Assembly: GCA_011620275.1 (NCBI GenBank)
Contig: WOZK01000012.1
Span: 31,665-95,664 of the forward strand
Reading direction: 5' to 3'
DNA from: Candidatus Omnitrophota bacterium
GTDB lineage: Bacteria > Omnitrophota > Gorgyraeia > Gygaellales > Profunditerraquicolaceae
Length of the DNA: 64,000 bases
A program made the translations under genes and the position numbers. Shown here one piece after another: positions 13,735 to 21,960 of the stretch (position 1 is its first letter; each line of letters starts with the position of its first letter). The notes beneath the pieces are model-generated. The model did not search any database, was not told where the DNA came from, and saw only the letters and a list, made by a program, of their open reading frames with translations.

Positions 13735-14130
13735 TTATTTCAGTTCGACGGTCGCTCCGGCGGCCTCGAGTTTCTTCTTCATCTCCTCGGCTTCTTCTTT
13801 GTTGACCCCTTCCTTGACGGTCTTGGGAGCGCCGTCCACGAGATCCTTGGCTTCCTTCAGGCCGAGGTTGGTAATAGTCCTTACTTCCTTGATGACGGCT
13901 ATCTTGTTCGCACCCGAAGCGGTGAGGACGACGTTGAACGACGTTTTCTCTTCCGCGGGAGCGGCTCCGCCCGCTGCGGCTCCGCCTGCTGCGGGCGCCA
14001 TCATCATCGGCATATTGGCCTGGACGCCGAATTTATCTTCCAGCGCCTTGACCAATTCTGAAAGTTCCAGCACCGTCAACCCTTCTATCGTCTTGATCAT
14101 CTCTTCCAGTTTCTCGCTTGCCATTTCCAT
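13735..14130 (-). CDS. rplL: 50S ribosomal protein L7/L12
   Basis: Ala-rich hinge, [19 protein letters not shown]. Confidence 0.98.
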   Translation of the reverse strand: MEMASEKLEEMIKTIEGLTVLELSELVKALEDKFGVQANMPMMMAPAAGGAAAGGAAPAEEKTSFNVVLTASGANKIAVIKEVRTITNLGLKEAKDLVDGAPKTVKEGVNKEEAEEMKKKLEAAGATVELK

Positions 14131-14170
14131 TCCTCCTTGTTTTTCGCTAATCGGCAGCCGGCCGCGCCAA

Positions 14171-14707
14171 CTAAGCGGCGGCAGACTTTTTCTGCTTTAT
14201 TTGTTCGACACAGTAAACGAACTTCTTCAACGTCTGGTTAAGCACCATGACGATGCCCGTAATCGGCGACTTGAGCGCCATGACCGTCTTGACGCGCAGC
14301 ATCTCTTTCGAAGGCAGTTTGGAGAGTTCCAGTACCTCGGCGGCAGTGAGAGGCTTGCCGAAGAGAAAACCCGCTTCTATTTTCAAGGGCTCGTGTTCCT
14401 TCGCGAAACCGCAAAGCGTTTTCGAAACGGCCACCGCGTCTTCTCCCGAGACAACGAGACCACAGGGACCTTCGACGGAAACGGCGAGCGCGTCCTGCCC
14501 GGAATCCTTGAACACGCGCCTGGCTACGCTATTCTTCACCACCTGCAGCTTGGCTCCGGTATCGTTAAGGGACTGCCTTAAAACCGACATCTCCGGTGAG
14601 GACAGGCCGGAATATTTGACTATAAAAAATCCGGCGTCCGGGGCGCTGATATTATCCTTGATGATCTTGCCGGACGTCTCCTTTATTATCAGGCTGATTT
14701 TCTTCAT
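14171..14707 (-). CDS. rplJ: 50S ribosomal protein L10
   Basis: [16 protein letters not shown]; between rplA and rplL. Confidence 0.95.
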   Translation of the reverse strand: MKKISLIIKETSGKIIKDNISAPDAGFFIVKYSGLSSPEMSVLRQSLNDTGAKLQVVKNSVARRVFKDSGQDALAVSVEGPCGLVVSGEDAVAVSKTLCGFAKEHEPLKIEAGFLFGKPLTAAEVLELSKLPSKEMLRVKTVMALKSPITGIVMVLNQTLKKFVYCVEQIKQKKSAAA

Positions 14708-15384
14708 ATCGCAACCCTCATACCCGGATTCATTGTGGAAGAGACCGCGAAAGCCTTCACGAATTTTCCTTTTACCGAACCCGGTTTAGCCTCATTTATC
14801 GCGTCTATCACGCAATTCGCGTTCTCCAAAAGCTGCTCTTCGCTAAACGACAACTTACCAGCCGAGAGATGTATCCCGCCCTGCTTGTCCACGCGGAACT
14901 CCACCTTCCCCTTGCGCACGTCCCGGATCGCTTTCGCGACGTCGGTGGTGACCGTTCCGGTCTTGGGGCTGGGCATCAGGCCTTTGGGACCGAGGATCTT
15001 GCCCAGTTTGCTCAAATCCTTCATCATATCCGGTGTGGCGATAACACAGTCGAAATCCAGGAAACCGGCGGCGACCTTCTCCATCAGATCTCCGGCACCG
15101 ACGTAATCGGCCTGGGCGTCCCTGGCGTCCCGCTCCTGCTCCCCCTTGCAGAACACGGCGATCTTCACTTTCCTGCCCGTGCCGTGCGGAAGCAGCACGG
15201 TGCCGCGGATCATCTGGTCGGATTTCTTGGTATCCACGTTAAGGTTGAAATGCAGGTCCAGGGACCCGGAGAATTTCGGCTGGGCCAGCGACTTAAGAAG
15301 GCTCACCGCTTCCTTAAGCGTGTAGACCTTGTCCTTATTCACTAGTTTCTCGGTTGTCTGGTATCTCTTGCTGCGCTTTTTCAT
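14704..15384 (-). CDS. rplA: 50S ribosomal protein L1
   Basis: RGTVLLPHGTG, LGPKGLMPSPKTGTVT. Confidence 0.98.
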   Translation of the reverse strand: MKKRSKRYQTTEKLVNKDKVYTLKEAVSLLKSLAQPKFSGSLDLHFNLNVDTKKSDQMIRGTVLLPHGTGRKVKIAVFCKGEQERDARDAQADYVGAGDLMEKVAAGFLDFDCVIATPDMMKDLSKLGKILGPKGLMPSPKTGTVTTDVAKAIRDVRKGKVEFRVDKQGGIHLSAGKLSFSEEQLLENANCVIDAINEAKPGSVKGKFVKAFAVSSTMNPGMRVAI

Positions 15385-15385
15385 A

Positions 15386-15814
15386 TTATTGCTCGACTTC
15401 TATGCCCATGCTCCTGGCCGTTCCCGCGATGATCTTGCGCGCGGCCTCAAGACTTTTGGTGTTCAGATCGGGCATCTTCTGTTTGGCGATCTCCTCGACT
15501 TGTTTTTGGTTTATCTTGCCTATGATCTCTTTTCCGGCTGTCGCGGAGGCCTTCGCCAAGTTGGCCGCCCTCTTGATGAGAACGGAAGACGGCGGACTCT
15601 TTATTATAAAGGTAAAGGATTTGTCCTCGTAAACGCTGATGACTACCGGAAGGATTAAACCGTCCCTTCCCTTGGTCTGTTCGTTGAACTGTTTGCAGAA
15701 CTGCATTATATTCACACCGTGCTGCCCCAGGGCCGGGCCTACCGGCGGCGCCGGATTGGCGGCGCCTGCGGGAACGTGCAATTTGATCTGAGCGGTAACT
15801 TTCTTTCCAGCCAT
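15386..15814 (-). CDS. rplK: 50S ribosomal protein L11
   Basis: [26 protein letters not shown]. Confidence 0.99.
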   Translation of the reverse strand: MAGKKVTAQIKLHVPAGAANPAPPVGPALGQHGVNIMQFCKQFNEQTKGRDGLILPVVISVYEDKSFTFIIKSPPSSVLIKRAANLAKASATAGKEIIGKINQKQVEEIAKQKMPDLNTKSLEAARKIIAGTARSMGIEVEQ

Positions 15815-15816
15815 GG

Positions 15817-16344
15817 CTAAACCTTCTCCACTTGCCAGTATTCCAGTTCGACCGGAGTGGACCGCCCGAATATGGAGATACTGACCTTGATTTTACCCTT
15901 TTCAGGGTGAACTTCCTCTATGGTACCGTTGAAATTGACGAAAGGCCCTTCCGTTACCCTGACCTGCTCGCCTTTTTCGAAAATTATCTTGGGGCTGGGC
16001 TTGCTCTGCGTCTCCTCCGTGCGCTTAAGTATGCTGTCTACTTCCTTCTGCGGCAGCGGCATCGGCTTTTTGCCCAATCCGATGAAACCGGTCACGCCCG
16101 GCGTAGTTTTTATCAGCAAATGCGTGGCGTCATTAAGCTCCATCTCCACCATTAGGTAACCGGGAAAGAATTTTCTCTGGGAAAGCCTCTTCTTGCCGGA
16201 ACGGATCTCGGAGATCTGTTCCGTGGGGATGACGATGCCGCTTATCTGCTCCTGCAAACCGCTGGAAGCGACGCGCGTCTCGAGCAGCGCCCTTACTTTT
16301 TCCTCGAACCCTGTCTGGGTGTGAACGACATACCAATTTTTCAT
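15817..16344 (-). CDS. nusG: Transcription termination/antitermination factor NusG
   Basis: WYVVHT, FFPGY, KOW motif [14 protein letters not shown]. Confidence 0.98.
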   Translation of the reverse strand: MKNWYVVHTQTGFEEKVRALLETRVASSGLQEQISGIVIPTEQISEIRSGKKRLSQRKFFPGYLMVEMELNDATHLLIKTTPGVTGFIGLGKKPMPLPQKEVDSILKRTEETQSKPSPKIIFEKGEQVRVTEGPFVNFNGTIEEVHPEKGKIKVSISIFGRSTPVELEYWQVEKV

Positions 16345-16532
16345 CTGAACATGAAGGTAACGAAACGGGTAAGGAAGAAATCGACTATGAAAATGAAAAT
16401 CGCCATAATCGCGGTAAGACCGATCACTACGCCGGTGGCTCCGATGAGCTCCTGCTTACTTGACCAGGAAACCTTGCCTAGTTCGGCTTTTACTTCCCCC
16501 AAAAATCTTGCCGGTTTATCGAATAAATTCAT
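16341..16532 (-). CDS. secE: Preprotein translocase subunit SecE
   Basis: EVKAELGKVSW followed by one TM helix; upstream of nusG. Confidence 0.95.
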   Translation of the reverse strand: MNLFDKPARFLGEVKAELGKVSWSSKQELIGATGVVIGLTAIMAIFIFIVDFFLTRFVTFMFR

Positions 16533-16568
16533 TGTTTGTTTCTGTTCTTTCTCCCGCCGCCTGATCAG

Positions 16569-16641
16569 CAGGGGCGGAGGGACTTGAACCCCCAGGACAG
16601 GATTTGGAGTCCCGCCGTTTAGCCAATTAACGGACGCCCCT
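16569..16641 (-). tRNA. tRNA-Trp(CCA)
   Basis: AGGGGCG/CGCCCCT acceptor stem, anticodon loop CTCCAAA, T-loop TTCAAGT; CCA not encoded. Confidence 0.95.
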
Positions 16642-16789
16642 ATTTGGTCTCTTTATGCGGCGAGTGTTTCCTGCACACCCTGCAGAACTTCTTCAGTTCG
16701 AGCTTATCCTGATGCTTTTTTTTATTTTTTGTGGTGGTGTAGTTCTTATTCTTGCAGACCGTACATTCCACCGTGATTATTTCTCGCAT
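16640..16789 (-). CDS. rpmG: 50S ribosomal protein L33 (zinc-ribbon form), 49 aa, below the ORF-track cutoff
   Basis: Manual translation [49 protein letters not shown]. Confidence 0.96.
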   Translation of the reverse strand: MREIITVECTVCKNKNYTTTKNKKKHQDKLELKKFCRVCRKHSPHKETK

Positions 16790-16841
16790 GATTTTTCGCC
16801 TGTTTTTCTCGGTACCGGTTAAACCTTACGGGAAATTTCTA

Positions 16842-16914
16842 AGCTGGAGACGGGAATTGAACCCGTGACCCCGTCCTTACCAAGGACGTGCTCTACCAAC
16901 TGAGCTACTCCAGC
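16842..16914 (-). tRNA. tRNA-Thr(GGT)
   Basis: GCTGGAG acceptor, AGCTCAGTTGGTAGAGC D-arm, anticodon loop TTGGTAA, GGTTCAATTCC T-arm. Confidence 0.96.
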
Positions 16915-17067
16915 GACGGGATATCACGATTGATCGCCAACTTCCGGAGAAACAAAAAAACTCACCCATTAAGAATTCCTGCGGGATTCTTAAAACTGGA
17001 AAGCCTGCGTTGATTTTATGTCCGTTATTTCTACAGGCAGTACCCTTTGGGGCGATGTAGATAGTAG

Positions 17068-17096
17068 AATATATAGTAAAAAATCTCTGTTGTCAA
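17068..17096 (-). promoter_or_regulatory. Sigma70-type promoter for the tRNA-Thr/rpmG/secE/nusG/rpl/rpo operon
   Basis: TTGACA-N17-TATATT with AT-rich upstream sequence. Confidence 0.7.
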
Positions 17097-17206
17097 TGTT
17101 TTTTTAATAAAATTTAATCAAACCGCAGAAATCCCCGGTTTTTTCAAGAGGGATTTTTCCGGCATCTTACGACACGGAGTTAATCAAGGAAGAAAACCCG
17201 GGCGCA

Positions 17207-17252
17207 TGTCCTGAGCAGTTCGACAGGCTCACTACTGAAGCCCGTCGAAGGA
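17207..17252. repeat. REP-like short palindromic element
   Basis: TGTCCTGAGCAGTTCGACAGGCTCACTACTGAAGCCCGTCGAAGGA: overlapping inverted repeats TTCGAC/GTCGAA and TGAGC/GCTCA; single copy in window. Confidence 0.45.
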
Positions 17253-17270
17253 TCAGCCCGGAGAGCTTCA

Positions 17271-18122
17271 TTAGGCGGGACCGGGTGGCGGCCTAGCGGA
17301 GGAATTTTTACGCAGGGTTAAGGAGTATTTCGCAAGTTCTATGAAATCGGCCGGAGAAAGAACCTCTCCCCTGGCCTGGGCGGGTATCCCCTTATCCTGC
17401 AGGAAACGCTCCAATTTTTCGCGCTCTATGAAGTCTTTAAGGGTATTCTTCAGCATTTTCCGCCTTTGCCCGAACGCGGCCGCAGCCAGACGGAAAAAAA
17501 TCTTTTGCGCTTCCCCTTCCAGCGGCAGGGTTTTTTTGGGAATAAGCCTAACGAAACAGGAATCCACCTTGGGCACAGGGTAAAAACAGGAGTTCTTTAT
17601 CTTAAAAAACACCGCGGCATCGCCGTAATACTGCGCGAAAAGACTCAAGGGGCCATATTCATCGCTTCCGGCCTGCGCGCATAACCTTTGACCATACTCC
17701 AGCTGCACGGTAAGATAGATCTCCGAAACCAGCCCCCGGCCCTCAAGCAGAAGTTTTTCCAGGATGGGGGAAGCGATATAATAAGGAATATTACCTACCG
17801 CCTTCAGCCCTCTCTCTCCGCCCGCGGAGAAAGAGTCGTAAAGAGACCGTATGTTAAGCTTCAGGATGTCCGAGTTGATCACCCGGACGTTGTCCCTGCC
17901 GGACACCACACGGCCGAGCTCCGGGAGCAGGTCGCAGTCTATTTCCACCGCCGCGACCTCGGCAGCCGTCTCGGCCAGCAGAGTTGTCAACTCGCCCATG
18001 CCCGCCCCGATTTCCAGCACGCGGTCTCCGCGTTCCAAACCGCAGGCGGACGCGACCCTTCTCAACACGTTCCTGTCCACCAGGAAATTCTGCCCTAGTT
18101 TCTTTTTAGGTTTAATGCGCAT
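17271..18122 (-). CDS. rsmA: 16S rRNA m6(2)A dimethyltransferase
   Basis: KKLGQNFL, LEIGAGMG, GNIPYYI, PVPKVDS; start ATG 18122. Confidence 0.97.
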   Translation of the reverse strand: MRIKPKKKLGQNFLVDRNVLRRVASACGLERGDRVLEIGAGMGELTTLLAETAAEVAAVEIDCDLLPELGRVVSGRDNVRVINSDILKLNIRSLYDSFSAGGERGLKAVGNIPYYIASPILEKLLLEGRGLVSEIYLTVQLEYGQRLCAQAGSDEYGPLSLFAQYYGDAAVFFKIKNSCFYPVPKVDSCFVRLIPKKTLPLEGEAQKIFFRLAAAAFGQRRKMLKNTLKDFIEREKLERFLQDKGIPAQARGEVLSPADFIELAKYSLTLRKNSSARPPPGPA

Positions 18123-19051
18123 TTTACCGCCAGCCGCACGGCGCACGCCAGAGAAGAAGGGTCTTCTAAACCCGGTCTGTCCGCGATATCGAAAGCAGTG
18201 CCGTGCAAAGGTGAAGTCCGAACGTATGGAAGCCCGATTGTAAGATTGACGCCGGAACCGGCTCCGGTAATTTTCAAAGGAATCATTGCCTGGTCGTGAT
18301 ACATCGCTACCACGCAGTCGTATCTGCCGCTGAGCGCCCGCGCAATGGCCGTGTCCGCGGCAAGCGGACCGTCTATCCCGCCGAACTTCAAACGCAGGCG
18401 GGCGGTTTCGGGAGCGAGCAGACGGACTTCTTCGTCGCCTATTACGCCGTTATCGCCTGCGTGCGGATTGACACCGCAGACCGCCAGCCGCGGAGAGGCG
18501 ATACGAAACATCCCTTTCAGGCAACGCCGCACGGAGGTCACCGCCGAGGTAAGCCTTCCCGGTTTTATGGCCTGCGCGGCTTTCCGCAGCGGCAGATGCC
18601 TGGTGAGAACGACAAAACGCAGTTTATCGTTAAGCAGCAGCATCTCCGCTTCCGCCGTCCCCGACTTCCAGGCCAGGTATTCGGTATGTCCCGGCCATTT
18701 GAAACCGGCGGCATTGACCGCTTCCTTGGAGATGGGACAGGTAACCAGACAGTCATATCTGCCGGCGGAGAGTCCTGCACAAGCGGCCTCAAGGTATTCC
18801 ATACAGGCGCGCCCGTTGAGCGGGCTGATCCTGCCGAAAGAAAAGCCTTTTGCCGGGACATTATCCAGGTCTTCCAAACGGACGCCTTGCGGCAGTCCGT
18901 AACCGCGCGGCAGCATGGAAAGGACACGCGCGCTGCCGATCACCGTGAAATCAGCCCGCAGGCGGCAGTCCCTTAAAGCCCTGCCGATTATGCCGGGACC
19001 GATTCCGGAAGGGTCGCCCATCGTGACGCACACTCTTATTCTTCCTGCCAT
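18095..19051 (-). CDS. pdxA: 4-hydroxythreonine-4-phosphate dehydrogenase PdxA
   Basis: TMGDPSGIGP, GHTE, NPHAG, MYHDQ, RTSPLHGTAFDIA; start uncertain (19051 or 19087). Confidence 0.95.
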   Translation of the reverse strand: MAGRIRVCVTMGDPSGIGPGIIGRALRDCRLRADFTVIGSARVLSMLPRGYGLPQGVRLEDLDNVPAKGFSFGRISPLNGRACMEYLEAACAGLSAGRYDCLVTCPISKEAVNAAGFKWPGHTEYLAWKSGTAEAEMLLLNDKLRFVVLTRHLPLRKAAQAIKPGRLTSAVTSVRRCLKGMFRIASPRLAVCGVNPHAGDNGVIGDEEVRLLAPETARLRLKFGGIDGPLAADTAIARALSGRYDCVVAMYHDQAMIPLKITGAGSGVNLTIGLPYVRTSPLHGTAFDIADRPGLEDPSSLACAVRLAVKCALNLKRN

Positions 19052-19073
19052 GGTTTCCGCCGACCGGGGATTC

Positions 19074-19967
19074 TTATTCAACAACATTTATTTTAATGTA
19101 GGCCTTCGCCTTCAATTTATCCAGCCAGGAGGCCAGCCCTTCCTGGAATTTCCTCGTGAAAAGTATATCCCGGATCTCCTCTCTGACTTCATCCAGCTTT
19201 TGGCTGCGCGGTTCGACGATACCGGTGACCCTGAAAACGTAAAACTCGTTCTCCGCCTTCAACGGATAAGAAAACTCGCCGGTCTTTAAGCTGAAGACCA
19301 CGTCCTCGATGTTCTTTTTAAACTGCCCGTTCTTAAATAACTGCAGCGTGCCGGGAGTCACCCCGGCGGCGGCGGCGGCTTCCCCGAATCCTTTTGCGTC
19401 CTTTAAAGCGGCATAGAACTTCGCCGCTTTGTCTTCTTCCCGGGTAACGATATATTCCACGCTGCGCTGCTCAGGCAGTTCAAACAGCTTCTTATCCTCC
19501 TCGAAATACGAAGTTATCTCCTGCGGATCAACGTTGACCCTGCTCTTTACCTGCTTATTTATAACCTCGTACATCAGCATCTGTTCCCTGATTTTCTCCT
19601 CGAGGTCCGACTGGACGAGCCCCTGCTCCAGCAAAGTCTGCTGGAACACCGCCTCGGAAGGATATTTGCTTTTTATATCCTCCACCCTGGCCTTGACCCG
19701 CGCTTCATCGGCTTTTAGCCCGCTTCTCCTGGCCTCCTGAAGTATCAACCGGTCTTCTATAAGCTTGAACAGCAGTTCCTGCCTGCTCTTAGCCCGGGCA
19801 CCCTGCTCCTGCATGCCGGCGAACGCGACGTAATCGTTCAACTCCTTGAGAGTAATTATATCCTTGTTCACTATCGCGGCGATACTGTCCGGCGCCGCGC
19901 AGGAAGAACCCGGGACAAGGAATAAAACCAGCATTATGATCGCGCCTATCGATTTATTGAATCTCAT
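19074..19967 (-). CDS. SurA/PpiC-family periplasmic chaperone / peptidyl-prolyl isomerase
   Basis: Signal peptide, IAAIVNKDIIT SurA N-terminus, C-terminal LKAKAYIK; surA-pdxA-rsmA synteny. Confidence 0.85.
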   Translation of the reverse strand: MRFNKSIGAIIMLVLFLVPGSSCAAPDSIAAIVNKDIITLKELNDYVAFAGMQEQGARAKSRQELLFKLIEDRLILQEARRSGLKADEARVKARVEDIKSKYPSEAVFQQTLLEQGLVQSDLEEKIREQMLMYEVINKQVKSRVNVDPQEITSYFEEDKKLFELPEQRSVEYIVTREEDKAAKFYAALKDAKGFGEAAAAAGVTPGTLQLFKNGQFKKNIEDVVFSLKTGEFSYPLKAENEFYVFRVTGIVEPRSQKLDEVREEIRDILFTRKFQEGLASWLDKLKAKAYIKINVVE

Positions 19968-21903
19968 TTTCTCCCACCCCTGCTTTCTTGTAGACCGCGA
20001 CCGCTTCCCGAAGAAGCCTGCAATAAAGGTCAAAACCGACCGCCGCGATAAAACCGTGTTGTTCCAGGCCGAGCACGTTCCCGGCCCCTCTTATCTCCAA
20101 ATCTTCCATCGCTATGCTGAAACCTGCGCCAAGCTGGGAATACTTCTCTATGGCGTTCACTCTTTTGATGCCGTCGGCTCCGGCCGCCCCGGAATGCGGC
20201 AGAAGCAGATAGGCGTAGGCCTGTTTGTCGAACCTGCCCACGCGGCCGCGCAGTTGATGCAGGTCCGAGAGGCCGAAGGCATGGGCGTTGTTGATGATAA
20301 TCGTATTCGCCCTGGGAACGTCAATACCGGTCTCGATGATCATCGTGCAGAAGAGCACGTCGAACTTGCCGCCGAAGAAACCGGACACGACCGCTTCAAG
20401 CTCCGCGGCCGGCATCTGCCCGTGCCCGACCGCGCACCTGACGGAACCCGGCAGGCCGGCCGCGACCTTTTCTTTGAGTTTCTCCAGGTCGCGGATGCGG
20501 TTGTGCACGAAATAAACCTGCCCGCCCCTGCGTAGTTCAGCGGAGATCGCCTCCCGGATAAGGTCTTCGTCATATTTTACCACAACGGTCTTCACAGGCA
20601 ACCGGTTTTGAGGAGGGGTATTTATGACCGACATCTCCTTTACGTTCATCAGGCTCATATACAGCGTGCGCGGTATAGGTGTGGCTGTGAGCGTGAGGAC
20701 ATCGGTCGAGACCCTGTACATCTTCAGTTTCTCCTTCGCCCTGACCCCGAAACGCTGTTCCTCGTCTATAATCAACAGTCCCAGGTTCTTGAACTTGACG
20801 TCCTCCGAAAGCAGGCGGTGCGTGCCGATGACGATATCGGCCGCTCCGGAGGCTATCTCGGAAACTATCCCGGCCTGTTCTCCGCGGGAGCGAAAACGCG
20901 AAAGCATGCGCACGTTGAACGGAAAATCCGCCAGGCGCGAGGTAAAATTAGCGTAATGCTGCTCAGCTAAGATAGTAGTCGGCACGAGGTAAGCCACCTG
21001 CCTGCCGTCCATCACCGCCTTGAAGGCTGCGCGCATGGCGACCTCGGTCTTCCCGTAACCCACGTCACCGCAAAGCAGCCTATCCATCGGCCGGCCGGAC
21101 TCCATATCTTCTTTGACCCTGGAGACGGCCGTCGCCTGGTCCGGCGTCTCGCGGTAGGGAAAGGACCGCTCGAATTTCTTCTGCCATTCTCCGTCCGGGG
21201 AATAGGCGAACCCTTTAACGCTGCGCCGCATCGCCTCCAGCGACACCAGCTCCATGGCAAGCTTGCGCACCGCCTTCCTGGCGCGTTCCTTGACCCTCTG
21301 CCACTGCCTGCCGCCCAGACGGTAAAGCCTGGGCCTGCGCACCTGAAAGGCGATGTATTTCTGGACCAGATACATCTGCTCCACCGGGACGTAAAGTTTC
21401 TCGCTCCGGTCGTATTCTATGACCAAGTGATCGACCGGCTGTCCACCGGAAGAGATCTTTTTCATCCCCAGGAACCTGCCTATGCCGTGGCGATTATGCA
21501 CCACATAATCGCCGCGTTTCAAATCGAGGAAATTGAACAGCGGAGAGTCTTCGCCGAAGGCAACGGCGGGCAGACGCGCCTTGCCGCCGAAGGGCAGGAT
21601 GATCGCCATCCGATGTTCCCAGGTCTTCTCTCCCGTGGACGGCTCGAAGGTATAGAGCCCGGAAAGTCTGTCCAGGTCGAAATTAAGACGCAAAGGCAGT
21701 TCAAAGGTGGAGGGGAAAACGTCAATCACCTCGCCCCGGCGGGCGAAATCCCCTTCCTCCGCCACCGCGTCCTGCCGTTTATAACCGAGCCGCGCCAGCG
21801 CCGAACATATGGCCTCGGGGCCAGCGTCATAACCGGGATAAAGTTTCAGGAAATCGAAAGCGGAATCTTTTAGCTGAGCGGGACGATGATATACTGCGGG
21901 CAT
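19954..21903 (-). CDS. mfd: Transcription-repair coupling factor, short form (649 aa)
   Basis: UvrB-like D2 (FARRGEVIDVFP), RID (GDYVVHNRHGIG), GDVGYGKTEVA, DEEQRFG, QLRGRVGR, DLEIRGAG. Confidence 0.92.
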   Translation of the reverse strand: MPAVYHRPAQLKDSAFDFLKLYPGYDAGPEAICSALARLGYKRQDAVAEEGDFARRGEVIDVFPSTFELPLRLNFDLDRLSGLYTFEPSTGEKTWEHRMAIILPFGGKARLPAVAFGEDSPLFNFLDLKRGDYVVHNRHGIGRFLGMKKISSGGQPVDHLVIEYDRSEKLYVPVEQMYLVQKYIAFQVRRPRLYRLGGRQWQRVKERARKAVRKLAMELVSLEAMRRSVKGFAYSPDGEWQKKFERSFPYRETPDQATAVSRVKEDMESGRPMDRLLCGDVGYGKTEVAMRAAFKAVMDGRQVAYLVPTTILAEQHYANFTSRLADFPFNVRMLSRFRSRGEQAGIVSEIASGAADIVIGTHRLLSEDVKFKNLGLLIIDEEQRFGVRAKEKLKMYRVSTDVLTLTATPIPRTLYMSLMNVKEMSVINTPPQNRLPVKTVVVKYDEDLIREAISAELRRGGQVYFVHNRIRDLEKLKEKVAAGLPGSVRCAVGHGQMPAAELEAVVSGFFGGKFDVLFCTMIIETGIDVPRANTIIINNAHAFGLSDLHQLRGRVGRFDKQAYAYLLLPHSGAAGADGIKRVNAIEKYSQLGAGFSIAMEDLEIRGAGNVLGLEQHGFIAAVGFDLYCRLLREAVAVYKKAGVGENEIQ

Positions 21904-21960
21904 TTAGTCAAGCAGCGGCCCCCGGTTTAAAAGCCGGGGGCTCTGCGCGTAGGGAATCGA

